The translations under genes and the position numbers were made by a program. Shown one piece after another: positions 37,397 to 49,698 of a stretch of DNA of 64,000 nt. Positions within the stretch are counted from its first letter, which is position 1. Each line of letters begins with the position of its first letter. The stretch is from positions 128,001 to 192,000 of the forward strand of contig CAXXVZ010000004.1 in assembly GCA_963678065.2 (NCBI GenBank), read 5' to 3'. The DNA is from Treponemataceae bacterium (GTDB lineage Bacteria > Spirochaetota > Spirochaetia > Treponematales > Rectinemataceae). The notes under the pieces are model-generated. The model saw only the letters and a list, made by a program, of their open reading frames with translations. It did no database searches and was not told the origin of the DNA.

Positions 37397-38749
37397 TCAG
37401 ACTTCGATGCGCCGCGCCGCCGAGATTCCGGCCAGCCAGCCCGTCGAGAAGGCGGCCTGGAGATTGTAGCCTCCCGTGTCGCCGTCGATATCGAGAACCT
37501 CTCCCGCAAAGAAGAGTCCCGGACAGAGCCGGGATTCCATGCTTTTCGCATTCACCTCTCCGAGATCGACACCGCCCGAGGTCGACATTGCCTGAGTGAA
37601 ATCGCCGAGGGCCGAAACCCGGAGCGTGCAGGCCGAAAGACATGCAGCGAGCGCCTTCCTCCCCGCCCTGTCTATGTCGCAGGCGCGGACTGAAGGGCCG
37701 AGCCCGGCGTGGATGGCCGCCGCCCTCGCGAGACTGTCCGGCAGTCCGAAGACGCGAAGGACTGTCCGGAGTTCGCGCTTGCCGTGGGCGGCGATCTCGC
37801 CCAGGAGGGTGGCCTCGGCATCCTGCTCCGGCAGGGCGAGGGCGAAGGAGAGCTCGTCGCCTGCGCGGATGTTCCGGGACAGGTCGAGTATGCCCGGCCC
37901 AGAGAGCCCCGTGTGCGTGAACAGTATGTCGCCCGAGCCTTCCGCGAGCTTCTTTCCGTCCCGGAACACGGAGATGCGCCTCTCCCTCAGGGCGAAGCCC
38001 GAGCATCCGGCGAAGGGCCAGGGACTGACTGTCGCGGGCGTGAGGCAGGGAGCGGGTTCTACGATGCCATGCCCGAGGGATGCGGCGAGGACGTATCCCT
38101 CCCCCGTCGAACCTGTGCCCGGATACGAGGCGCCCCCTGTCGCGATGCAGACCGTATGGGAACGAAAAGCTGCGGAGGACGCGCGGAGGATGAAGCCCTC
38201 TTTACCGCGCATGAGGGAGATGACGGGGCTGCCGGCGCGGACCTCCACGCCATGTCTGGCTGCCAGGGCCAGGAGGGCATCGAGGACAGCGCGCGCTCCG
38301 CCCGATTCCGGAAAGACTTTGCCGTTCTCGTCGGTCACGAAGGAGAGCCCCTCCGACTCGAAAAACGAGAGGAGTTCTCCGCTCGTGAAGCCGAACAGGG
38401 CAGGTTTCAGGAAGCGCCCGTGACTCCCGTAGTGCGAGAGGAAATCCTCAGCCTCGCCAGAGTGCGTGATATTGCAGCGGCCGGAGCCGGTCGCTAGGAG
38501 CTTGATGCCGGGCCGCGGCATTTTCTCGAGGACGACGACGCGAGATCCTGGGACGACGCGGGATCCAGGGACGGCGCCGGAGGCGTGAGAAGCGACGTCT
38601 CGGGCGGCATCGACAGGCAAGGCGGCCGCGCGGGAATCCCTGTCGCGGATTCTCGCGGCGATGGCGCACATGAGCCCCGCAGGGCCTCCCCCGACGACGA
38701 CGAGTCCGGCATCCTCCATTTCCGCGAATCCCCCGGGCGCAGCGTTCAT
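37397..38749 (-). CDS. HI0933/BaiN-family flavoprotein
   Basis: GGGPAG, GSGRCNITH, ATGG.SYP.TGSTG, LFTHTGLSGP, GEVLDIDGDTGGYNLQ. Start could be 38749 or 38719. Confidence 0.9.
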   Translation of the reverse strand: MNAAPGGFAEMEDAGLVVVGGGPAGLMCAIAARIRDRDSRAAALPVDAARDVASHASGAVPGSRVVPGSRVVVLEKMPRPGIKLLATGSGRCNITHSGEAEDFLSHYGSHGRFLKPALFGFTSGELLSFFESEGLSFVTDENGKVFPESGGARAVLDALLALAARHGVEVRAGSPVISLMRGKEGFILRASSAAFRSHTVCIATGGASYPGTGSTGEGYVLAASLGHGIVEPAPCLTPATVSPWPFAGCSGFALRERRISVFRDGKKLAEGSGDILFTHTGLSGPGILDLSRNIRAGDELSFALALPEQDAEATLLGEIAAHGKRELRTVLRVFGLPDSLARAAAIHAGLGPSVRACDIDRAGRKALAACLSACTLRVSALGDFTQAMSTSGGVDLGEVNAKSMESRLCPGLFFAGEVLDIDGDTGGYNLQAAFSTGWLAGISAARRIEV

Positions 38750-38795
38750 GGGTCGATTGTTGCAGAGCTCCGGGAAAGGGTATAGTCCCCCGGAG

Positions 38796-40700
38796 ATGAA
38801 TCTTGTTTCATGCGACGGCATATCCAAAGCACTGGGCGACGGCCCGCTTTTCTCCGAGGTCAGTCTCGGCATCGACACAGGCGACAGAGTCGGCTTCGTC
38901 GGACGCAATGGCTGCGGCAAGTCCACCTTCCTCCGCATCCTGGCCGGAACGCTCGAACCCGACTCAGGCTCGATGGCGCGCGCCCGCGAACTCTCCGTGA
39001 GCGTACTCGAGCAGCGTCCTTCCTTTCCTGTCGATTGTACGCTCGGATCCTTCCTCTACCTCGCGGACTCCCCGATAGTCCGGGCGGTCAGGCGCTACAA
39101 TAACCTCGTCCACCAGGAAAACCACAGCCCCGCAGAAGAACGGGAGATCCTCACTCTCGGACAGAGAATGGAGGAGATCCAGGGTTTCACACTCGAGCGG
39201 GTTTACGCGTCCCTGTGCTCGGAACTCGGACTGCCCGCTCAGGATGCGCGGATGGACATCTTTTCGGGAGGCATGCTCAAGAAAGCGGCCATCGCCCGCT
39301 GTCTCGCCCCCGCCTCCGACCTCCTCCTCCTCGACGAACCCACGAACCACCTCGACATCGAGACGATCGAGTGGCTCGAGCGCAAGCTCGTGCAGGGCAG
39401 ACCGGCCTTCGTCCTCGTCACACACGACAGATGGTTCCTCGACGAGGTCTGCACGTCGATCATGGAAATCGACAGGGGCCGCATCTACAAGTACGCCGAC
39501 GACTACGAAGGCTACCTCGAGCGGCGCATCGAGAGGATGGCCTCGCTCGAAAAAGCGGAATCCAGGCGTCTCACCATACTGAAGACCGAACTGGCCTGGC
39601 TCGGCAGAGGCGCGCGGGCCCGCGCCACCAAGAGCGAGAGACGAAAAGAGAGAATCAGGTCGATGCAGGATGCCGCTCTCGAACGGGAACAGAGCATGGA
39701 AGGTTTTTCGACGGGGCAGCGAAGGCTCGGCAAGAAAGTCCTCGAGATCCGCGGCGCCTCCAAGTCCTTCGGAGAAAAATTGGTTCTCCTGCCCTTCGAC
39801 CGGGTCTTCAAAGCAGGCGAAAGGATCGGCATCGTCGGTCCCAACGGCTCGGGAAAGACTACCTTCCTCAACCTCGTCTACGGGAGGCTCGAATCCGACA
39901 CAGGCAGGATCGACCGGGGCGAGAATACATCCTTCGCCTACTTCGACCAGACTGCTTCCGGCCTCGACATGGGAATGACCGTCCTCGAGCTCGTCGCCTC
40001 CCACGCGGAACGCATCACCATGGCCGACGGGAGCCAACTCACAGCCGAGCAGCTGCTGGAAAGATTCCTGTTCACGAGAACCATGCAGGGGCTCACGCTC
40101 TCCCGCCTGTCGGGCGGCGAACTCCGGAGGGTGCAACTCGTCCGCCTCCTCGCGGAATCCCCGAATTTCCTTCTTCTCGACGAACCCACAAATGATCTCG
40201 ACATCGACACGATCGAACTCCTCGAGGATTTTCTTGCTAATTTCGGGGGTTGTGTCGTGTCTGTCAGTCACGACCGGGCCTTCCTGGACCGCACGGTCGA
40301 TTTCATCTTCGCCTTCGATGGCTCGGGTCGGTTCAGGGAATTCGTCGGCGGCTACAGCGAATACCGCAGAAACGCGCCCGAAGCGGCGGCGAACCAGGCA
40401 AAGGCCGAATCGCCCCGGGCGGCGCAGAGTCCTGTAGCGGAGCCTTTGCGCCCGGCAAAACCGGCGCAAAAAAAGCTCAGCTACGCGGAGCGGAAGGAAT
40501 ACGAGGGCATTCTCGACGAGATCTCCGGGCTCGAGGCGGAAAAAACCGCCCTCGAGGCGAGCTTCGCATCGCCGACCCGCGATGCCGCGGCCCGCGCGGC
40601 TGAGGCGAGGCGGTATGCGGAAATCATGACTCTCATCGATGCGCGGACGACGCGCTGGGAAGAACTCGCCTCGCGCGATGTCCCGCCACTCGAGTCATAG
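38796..40700 (+). CDS. ABC-F family ATPase (Uup-like)
   Basis: Two ABC domains (GRNGCGKST, GPNGSGKTT, LLLDEPTN twice), no TM segments, C-terminal KKLSY coiled coil. Confidence 0.9.
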   Translation: MNLVSCDGISKALGDGPLFSEVSLGIDTGDRVGFVGRNGCGKSTFLRILAGTLEPDSGSMARARELSVSVLEQRPSFPVDCTLGSFLYLADSPIVRAVRRYNNLVHQENHSPAEEREILTLGQRMEEIQGFTLERVYASLCSELGLPAQDARMDIFSGGMLKKAAIARCLAPASDLLLLDEPTNHLDIETIEWLERKLVQGRPAFVLVTHDRWFLDEVCTSIMEIDRGRIYKYADDYEGYLERRIERMASLEKAESRRLTILKTELAWLGRGARARATKSERRKERIRSMQDAALEREQSMEGFSTGQRRLGKKVLEIRGASKSFGEKLVLLPFDRVFKAGERIGIVGPNGSGKTTFLNLVYGRLESDTGRIDRGENTSFAYFDQTASGLDMGMTVLELVASHAERITMADGSQLTAEQLLERFLFTRTMQGLTLSRLSGGELRRVQLVRLLAESPNFLLLDEPTNDLDIDTIELLEDFLANFGGCVVSVSHDRAFLDRTVDFIFAFDGSGRFREFVGGYSEYRRNAPEAAANQAKAESPRAAQSPVAEPLRPAKPAQKKLSYAERKEYEGILDEISGLEAEKTALEASFASPTRDAAARAAEARRYAEIMTLIDARTTRWEELASRDVPPLES

Positions 40701-40735
40701 GTTGCGGCCGCGATTCGATCTTCGAAAGCCCTGTC

Positions 40736-41689
40736 TCAGCGTTTCCCGGCATCGTAGATCTCGCCGGAAGCCTTGGGGCCGACCGTACGTCCCGCGAAAA
40801 TTATAAGCGCGATGATCGTGAGGACATAGGGCAGAAGGTAGAAAAACTCGAGGGGAAGCCCCTTGAGGAAGGATATGTCCTTCGCATAAAAGGACAATGC
40901 CTGTGAAAAACCGAAAAAGAGTCCCGCGCCGAGGACGCCGAAGGGATTCCACTTTCCGAAGACGAGGGAGGCCATGGCGATGAAGCCTGTGCCGTGGATG
41001 GTGGAGAGGGTGTACTGAATATCGACGGTGAGCACCATAGCCCCGCCGGCGAGCCCCGAAAGGGCTCCGGAGATGATGACTCCGACATAGCGCATCAGGG
41101 CGACATTTATCCCCATCGAGGCCGCCGCCTGCGGATGCTCGCCGCAGGATCGCAGTCTGAGTCCGAACGGGGTCTTGTAGACGAAAAACCAGGTCAAGAG
41201 GACGAGAACCATCGCGATGTAGAAGGTCGGATAGTTTTCGATAAAAAAGATTTTCCCAAGGATCGGGATATCCTTGAGGAAGGGAACCGTGATCTTGGGT
41301 ATGCCGCTCGAGAATGTCCGCGTGCGCTGCTGGTGGAATATGATCTGACAGAGGTAGACGGTGAGTCCGCCCGCGAGGATGTTGAGAGCGGTGCCTGAAA
41401 TGACCTGATTGGCTTTGAGATTGACGCTCGCAAAGGCGTGGATGAGGGAGAAAATGCTGCCCGCGAGGATACCGGCCCCGATGCCGATCCAGGCCGCGCC
41501 GGGATTGGTCGCCTCGAGGAGAACCGTGACCGTGGCGGCCGCGAAGGCGCCGACCATCATCGTACCTTCTATGGCTATGTTGACGATCCCCGATCGCTCG
41601 CTGAAAAGATCGCCGAGCGCGGCGATGATGATAGGTGTCGCAAACATGAGGGCGATCGGGAACATTTCGAGTATGAGTCCGAAGTTCAT
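40736..41689 (-). CDS. Nucleoside/sugar ABC permease (BPD_transp_2)
   Basis: ERSGIVNIAIEG, TPFGLRLRSCGEHP. Confidence 0.9.
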   Translation of the reverse strand: MNFGLILEMFPIALMFATPIIIAALGDLFSERSGIVNIAIEGTMMVGAFAAATVTVLLEATNPGAAWIGIGAGILAGSIFSLIHAFASVNLKANQVISGTALNILAGGLTVYLCQIIFHQQRTRTFSSGIPKITVPFLKDIPILGKIFFIENYPTFYIAMVLVLLTWFFVYKTPFGLRLRSCGEHPQAAASMGINVALMRYVGVIISGALSGLAGGAMVLTVDIQYTLSTIHGTGFIAMASLVFGKWNPFGVLGAGLFFGFSQALSFYAKDISFLKGLPLEFFYLLPYVLTIIALIIFAGRTVGPKASGEIYDAGKR

Positions 41690-42810
41690 TTACTTCCCCT
41701 CCCTTTCGTTCCGGATGCGGCCGGCTTCATCTCCGCCTTGGGCGCAAAAGCGCCTCTGATGCGGTCGAGCATGGAACTCAGTCCATACTGCATGGCGACG
41801 AAGAGCACGATGGAGGCCTGGATGATGCCCGCGATCTCCTTCGGAATCCCTTGAGACTGCATGAGGGGCTGAGCAGCTTTCAACATGCCGAAGAGGAGTC
41901 CTGAAAGCAGGGTTCCGAGAGCCTCGTTGCCTCCGACGAGAGAGACGGCGATGCCGTCGAAGCCGTAACCCTCGGCCGCGCTTATGACCCGTCCGAAGGA
42001 GAAGGTTCCCACCGTGATCACGGCGCCCGCGAGGCCGGCGAAGGCTCCCGAGATCGTCATGGATAGCACGATATTCCTGTCGACCTTCATGCCGGCATAC
42101 TTCGCGGCGTCCTTGTTGAAACCGACGGCGCGCAGGCTGTAGCCGAAAGTCGTCTTGTTTATGACGAACCAGAACACGAGGAGGGCGACTATGACGGGAA
42201 TGAATCCCCAATTGAGGCGCGACCCCTGGGTGATCTGCGAGAGCCAATCGTCCTTGAGGAGGGCGGTTGCGGAGAAAGGTGTCGTTTTGACCCGATCGGC
42301 GGCGCCGAAAATGTTGAGAATAGTATAGTTGTTCACGTGGAGAGCCACGTAGTTCAACATGATGGCGACGACGACTTCGTGGACGTTGAAGCGGGCCTTG
42401 AGTATGCCCGGGATGGCTCCCCAGAGCGCTCCCGCCGCCATGGCCGCGAGAATCACGAGAGGCAGGTGAACAATCTTGGGAGCCTCGACGAGGAGGGCGA
42501 CGGCTGTGGCCGCGAGGCCTCCGATCATGAGCTGGCCCTCGGCGCCGATGTTGAACAGCCCCGTGCGGAAGGCGAAGGCCACTGCGAGGCCCGTGAGGAT
42601 GATCGGCATCGACTGGACTATGAATTCTCCTATATAGCGGGGATTGAAATCGAGGCCTCCCGAGATGTCGAAGCCCGAGACGGCTCTCGTCATGGCGGTG
42701 AGCATGCTGAAAGGCGATTTTCCGGTTATGACGATGATGATCGAGCCGAGGAGGAAGCCGAGGAATACCGCAATCAGGGGCAAAAGGATCTTGTCGCGTT
42801 TTTTTGCCAT
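41686..42810 (-). CDS. Nucleoside/sugar ABC permease
   Basis: GLFNIGAEGQ, LRAVGFN..AA.YAG, GFDGIAV. Confidence 0.9.
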   Translation of the reverse strand: MAKKRDKILLPLIAVFLGFLLGSIIIVITGKSPFSMLTAMTRAVSGFDISGGLDFNPRYIGEFIVQSMPIILTGLAVAFAFRTGLFNIGAEGQLMIGGLAATAVALLVEAPKIVHLPLVILAAMAAGALWGAIPGILKARFNVHEVVVAIMLNYVALHVNNYTILNIFGAADRVKTTPFSATALLKDDWLSQITQGSRLNWGFIPVIVALLVFWFVINKTTFGYSLRAVGFNKDAAKYAGMKVDRNIVLSMTISGAFAGLAGAVITVGTFSFGRVISAAEGYGFDGIAVSLVGGNEALGTLLSGLLFGMLKAAQPLMQSQGIPKEIAGIIQASIVLFVAMQYGLSSMLDRIRGAFAPKAEMKPAASGTKGRGSK

Positions 42811-42812
42811 GT

Positions 42813-44333
42813 TCAACCGACCTTGCGCATCGAGCCGGACATCATGAGGCCCAGTTCATTTTCGTTGGTCAGGCCGGCATCGACGAGGCCGACTATTTCG
42901 CCGCCGTAGATGACCGCGATGCGGTCACAGACGTCCAGGATCTCGTCGAGCTCAAGCGATACGAGGAGGATGGCCTTGCCCTTGTCCCGCTCGGCGATGA
43001 TCCTCTTGTGGATGTACTCGATGGCGCCCACGTCCAATCCGCGCGTCGGCTGGGCGATAACGAAAACTTCGGGCGAGTGGTTGATCTCGCGCGCGACGAT
43101 GGCCTTCTGCTGGTTGCCGCCCGACATGCTGCGCACCGGCGTGGCGGCGCCTTCTCCGGAGCGCACATCGAACTGCTCTATCAGGAAATCCGCGTTCTTT
43201 TTGATAGCCTTGAAATCCAGAATTCCGTGCTCTGCGAATGGCTTCTTGAAGTAGGAATGCAGGACGAAGTTCTCGTCGAGGCGGAAGTCGAGGATGAGGC
43301 CGTGCTTGTGTCTGTCCTCGGGGATGTGGCCGAGACCCATCTCCGTTCTCGTCATGACGGACAGCTTGGCGATGTCCTTCCCCTTGAGGAGGATGCGGCC
43401 GGATTCGGCCTTGCACAGTCCCGTTATCGCCTGGACGAGCTCGGTCTGGCCGTTTCCGTCGATGCCGCAGAGTCCGAGGATCTCGCCCCGCCTCACTTCG
43501 AGATCGAGGTTTTTCACGCCGAGCAGACCTTTGGAGTTTTTCACGTTGAGCTTCTCGACCCTGAGGAGGACTTCGCCAGGCTTCCCTTCGGCCTTGTCGA
43601 CGTGGAAGCTGACCTCGCGGCCGACCATCATCTCGGCCATCCTCTCCTCGCTCGTATCGGCGACTTTGACGGTGCCGATGCATCTGCCCCGGCGGAGAAC
43701 AGTGCAGACATCGGCGACTTCCTTTATCTCCTTCAGCTTGTGGGTGATGAGGATGATGGTTTTGCCTTCGGCGACGAGCCTGCGCATGATGCCGATGAGT
43801 TCGTGGATCTCCTGGGGGGTGAGGACGGCCGTCGGCTCGTCGAAGATGAGAAGCTCTGCGTCCCGGTAGAGCATCTTGAGAATCTCGACCCTCTGCTGCA
43901 TGCCGACGGAGATATCCTCGATCTTCGCATCGGGGTCGACGTTGAGTCCGTAGAGCTTCGTGAGTTCGGCCACGCGCCTCGATGCTTTTTTGACATCGAT
44001 GACGAGACCCTTCCGGGGTTCCAGGCCGAGGATTATGTTTTCGGTGACGGTAAAGTTGTGCACCAGTTTGAAATGCTGATGCACCATGCCGATGCCGAGG
44101 GCGTTGGCCGCGTTGGGATCGGTAATGCGGGCTTCCGCGCCCCGGATGCGGATCGAGCCGTCATCCGGCTGGTAGAGTCCGAAGAGGATGCTCATGAGGG
44201 TAGATTTCCCCGCCCCATTCTCCCCGAGAAGTGCGTGGATGCTCCCCTTCTCCACCTGCAAGGTGACATGGTCATTCGCCCGGATGCCTGGAAAATCCTT
44301 GGTTATGTCGAGCATCTCGATGACACAGTCCAT
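42813..44333 (-). CDS. Nucleoside ABC transporter ATP-binding protein
   Basis: GENGAGKST, DEPT, SGGNQQK, QPTRGLD. An upstream extended -10 (TGCTATAAT) is also present. Confidence 0.92.
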   Translation of the reverse strand: MDCVIEMLDITKDFPGIRANDHVTLQVEKGSIHALLGENGAGKSTLMSILFGLYQPDDGSIRIRGAEARITDPNAANALGIGMVHQHFKLVHNFTVTENIILGLEPRKGLVIDVKKASRRVAELTKLYGLNVDPDAKIEDISVGMQQRVEILKMLYRDAELLIFDEPTAVLTPQEIHELIGIMRRLVAEGKTIILITHKLKEIKEVADVCTVLRRGRCIGTVKVADTSEERMAEMMVGREVSFHVDKAEGKPGEVLLRVEKLNVKNSKGLLGVKNLDLEVRRGEILGLCGIDGNGQTELVQAITGLCKAESGRILLKGKDIAKLSVMTRTEMGLGHIPEDRHKHGLILDFRLDENFVLHSYFKKPFAEHGILDFKAIKKNADFLIEQFDVRSGEGAATPVRSMSGGNQQKAIVAREINHSPEVFVIAQPTRGLDVGAIEYIHKRIIAERDKGKAILLVSLELDEILDVCDRIAVIYGGEIVGLVDAGLTNENELGLMMSGSMRKVG

Positions 44334-44493
44334 CGCATGCCCCCCTGTCTAAATTTTCGTCCATTATAGCACGGCATAGGCGCTGCAAGCACGGTATCGG
44401 CCGACAAAAATCGACCGCCCTCTCGGACGGCCGACTTTTGACGATCGCTCGCCCTCCGGGAGGGCCGATCGTTCAGATGCGGAACAAAACTGA

Positions 44494-45513
44494 TTACTTG
44501 GCGGGAACCTCGGGAACTTCGAGCTTGCCGGTGGCGATCTTGGTCTCGTAGTCCTTCACGGTCTGGATGATGGCCGCGCTGAGGTTGGGGTTTTCGGCGG
44601 GGATGCCGACGCCCTTGTTCTTCAGGGAGAAGACGAGGACCTGGCCGCCGGGGAATTTGCCGTCCATGACCATCTTGGCGACATTGTACGCTGCGACGTC
44701 GACGCGCTTCATCATTGAGGTGAGGACTGCGGACTTGGTGCCGTACATGCCATCCTTGTACTGGTCTTTGTCGACGCCGATGGCCCAGCGGATGTCTCCC
44801 TTCTGCGAGCGTTCCTTGGCTTCCTTGATCATGCCGTTTCCGGTGCCGCCCGCGGCGTGGAAGATGATGTAGGCGCCGGCGTTGAACTGTTTCTGGGCGA
44901 TGGCCTGTCCCTTGTCCGGGGCGGCGAAATCACCGGCGTAGTCCACGAGGATGGTGCACTCGGGGTAGGCGGCCTTGACTCCGGCCTGGAAACCGGCCTG
45001 GAACTTCTCGATGAGGGGGAACTGCATTCCGCCGAGGAATCCGACGACTTTCTTGCCGTCGACCTTGGCCTTGAGCCCGGCCGCGACGCCGACGAGGAAG
45101 GATCCCTCGTGCTCGGCGAAGACCGCGTTGGCGACATTCGTGATATTCTTGCCGTTCTTGTCCTGCACAATGGAGTCGATGATGAGGAACTTCTGGGTGG
45201 GATTCTGGCCGGCGACTTCGGTCATCGCGTTGTTGAAGAGGAAACCCGGGGCTACGATGAGGTCGAGCTTCTCATCGGCGAAGGTGGCGAGGTTGGGTAC
45301 ATAGTCGGCCTCGGCGGAGGACTGGAGGTACTTGTAGTTGGCCTTGGGGAGCTTGTTATCGACCGCGAAGCGGACGATGCCTTCCCAGGTTCCCTGGTTG
45401 AAGGACTTGTCGTCGATGCCGCCGATGTCGGTGACGAGACCGACTTTGATCTGTGCAAAAACCGGAGCCGCAACCATGGCGACGATGAGAAGCATGAACA
45501 GCGCTTTCTTCAT
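44494..45513 (-). CDS. BMP-family (PnrA/TmpC-like) nucleoside-binding protein
   Basis: GGIDDKSFNQGTWEG, AAGGTG, IGVDKDQ, TSMMKRVD. Confidence 0.9.
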   Translation of the reverse strand: MKKALFMLLIVAMVAAPVFAQIKVGLVTDIGGIDDKSFNQGTWEGIVRFAVDNKLPKANYKYLQSSAEADYVPNLATFADEKLDLIVAPGFLFNNAMTEVAGQNPTQKFLIIDSIVQDKNGKNITNVANAVFAEHEGSFLVGVAAGLKAKVDGKKVVGFLGGMQFPLIEKFQAGFQAGVKAAYPECTILVDYAGDFAAPDKGQAIAQKQFNAGAYIIFHAAGGTGNGMIKEAKERSQKGDIRWAIGVDKDQYKDGMYGTKSAVLTSMMKRVDVAAYNVAKMVMDGKFPGGQVLVFSLKNKGVGIPAENPNLSAAIIQTVKDYETKIATGKLEVPEVPAK

Positions 45514-45543
45514 TGAAAGCCTCCTTGTTTGGACTGAAATGTC

Positions 45544-45572
45544 ATTTTAATGGCGTCGGGGCGGGTTGTCAA
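45544..45572 (-). promoter_or_regulatory. Sigma70 promoter of the BMP gene
   Basis: TTGACA(45572-45567)-17 nt-TAAAAT(45549-45544). Confidence 0.75.
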
Positions 45573-45597
45573 CAAATAAACCTCACCCGCGGATCCC

Positions 45598-45689
45598 GTT
45601 CACGATGATGCCCACCGTGAACATCAAATTATCTCGTTCACAATGATGCCCACCATCGTAAACATCAAATTATCTCGTTCACGATGGTG
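45598..45689. repeat. ~40-bp palindromic tandem repeat (2.3 copies) overlapping the deoC stop codon
   Basis: GTTCACGATGATGCCCACCGTGAACATCAAATTATCTC / GTTCACAATGATGCCCACCATCGTAAACATCAAATTATCTC / GTTCACGATGGTG. Confidence 0.85.
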
Positions 45690-46348
45690 ACGCCGCTGGA
45701 GGCGCCAATTCTGTCCGCCCCGGCCTCCAGCATGGCCACGGCGTCGGAGAGGGTCCGGATTCCGCCGGAGGCCTTCACCTTGAGCCCGGCCGCCGCGACG
45801 GTCTTCTTCATGAGCCGTACATCCTCGACGGTCGCCCCTCCGGTTCCGAAGCCCGTGCTCGTCTTGACGAAGTGAGCGCCGGCCTTTACGGCGGCCTCGC
45901 AGGCCTTCACCTTCTCGGCGTCGGTGAGGTAGCAGGTTTCGATGATGACCTTGACGGTGACCTTTGGTCCTGCAAAGAGAGCGGCGTCCACGACGGCCCG
46001 GATGTCGGACTCGACGAGAGCCCAGTCGCCGGCCTTCGCGGCGCCGAGATTGATCACCATGTCGACCTCCTGAGCGCCCTGCGTCACGGCGAGCCTGGCC
46101 TCTCCGGCCTTGACCGCGCTCGTGTTGGCGCCGAGGGGGAAGCCGATGACGGTGCAGACCAGAACCTGCGTTCCGGCGAGCTCTGCCGCGCAGAGCGAGA
46201 CCCAGCAGGGATTGACGCAGACGGAGGCGAATCCGTACTTCTTGGCCTCGGCACAGAGATCCTTTATGGCCTTTTCGGTTCCGACTGCCTTGAGCAGGGT
46301 GTGGTCGATCGTCGACGCGACGGCGCTCCTCGTTATGGCATTGCTCAT
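45665..46348 (-). CDS. deoC: Deoxyribose-phosphate aldolase
   Basis: IDHTLL, VIGFPLG, KVIIET, FVKTSTG, KASGG, RIGASS. Confidence 0.95.
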   Translation of the reverse strand: MSNAITRSAVASTIDHTLLKAVGTEKAIKDLCAEAKKYGFASVCVNPCWVSLCAAELAGTQVLVCTVIGFPLGANTSAVKAGEARLAVTQGAQEVDMVINLGAAKAGDWALVESDIRAVVDAALFAGPKVTVKVIIETCYLTDAEKVKACEAAVKAGAHFVKTSTGFGTGGATVEDVRLMKKTVAAAGLKVKASGGIRTLSDAVAMLEAGADRIGASSGVTIVNEII

Positions 46349-46365
46349 GTGTTGACTCCTTTCGG

Positions 46366-46920
46366 TTATATTTCGAACATCCGGGAGAGATATTCCCGGC
46401 GGGTGGCGACAAGTTCCATGAGTTCGGCGAGCATGCGCCTGTCCACGCGCTCGGCGATCGGATACACGTAGCGCTCCGTCTCGTCGGTGTAGCGGCGGAC
46501 GAACTCGACATCGGTGACGTAGCCCAGGCTGATCATGTTGGAGATGCGGTCGGCGGACTTGAGCACGCGCGCCTTGTCGGAGCCGAACTCGAGTATTCTC
46601 GCGAGGAACTCGGACTTCGTCTCGATGGGGCTGCGGGTCACTTCGAGCACGAGCTTGTAGACGTCGACCGACTCATCGTCGATCTCGAGGATGCGGTCCC
46701 GGTCGAAATCGGGCACGTCCTCGACGAGGTCGTGGACCATCGAGGCCTTGAGGAGGACTGAGTCTATGTAGCCGTAGTCCATGAGGATGCCGAATGTGTC
46801 GACCTGGTGGCGGAACATGTTGCCGCCGGAAAGACGGCGTTTGCCTATGAGGGCCGTCGCCAGCTGAATGTAGGGGGCGAGGTGCATGTTCTTGAGCCGA
46901 AGCATGTCGGTCTTGTCCAT
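46366..46920 (-). CDS. Stand-alone HD hydrolase, RelA/SpoT hydrolase (Mesh1/SAH)-like
   Basis: [26 protein letters not shown]. Confidence 0.7.
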   Translation of the reverse strand: MDKTDMLRLKNMHLAPYIQLATALIGKRRLSGGNMFRHQVDTFGILMDYGYIDSVLLKASMVHDLVEDVPDFDRDRILEIDDESVDVYKLVLEVTRSPIETKSEFLARILEFGSDKARVLKSADRISNMISLGYVTDVEFVRRYTDETERYVYPIAERVDRRMLAELMELVATRREYLSRMFEI

Positions 46921-46967
46921 GGTCGCCTCGACCCCGTCGCGGGGGGGGAGACCGCCCCGCCCATCGT

Positions 46968-49625
<2,658 letters not shown>

Positions 49626-49698
49626 ACGGGAAGCCTCCATCCGGGATGTACAGTGTGCCCCTTCCGGGAACGCCGGAGCGGACGATCTGTGCAGGATA

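Noticed and set aside
45598..45689. deoC 3' repeats as CRISPR or programmed frameshift
   Set aside because: The units are contiguous with no unique spacers, deoC is complete in one frame, and I see no slippery site.
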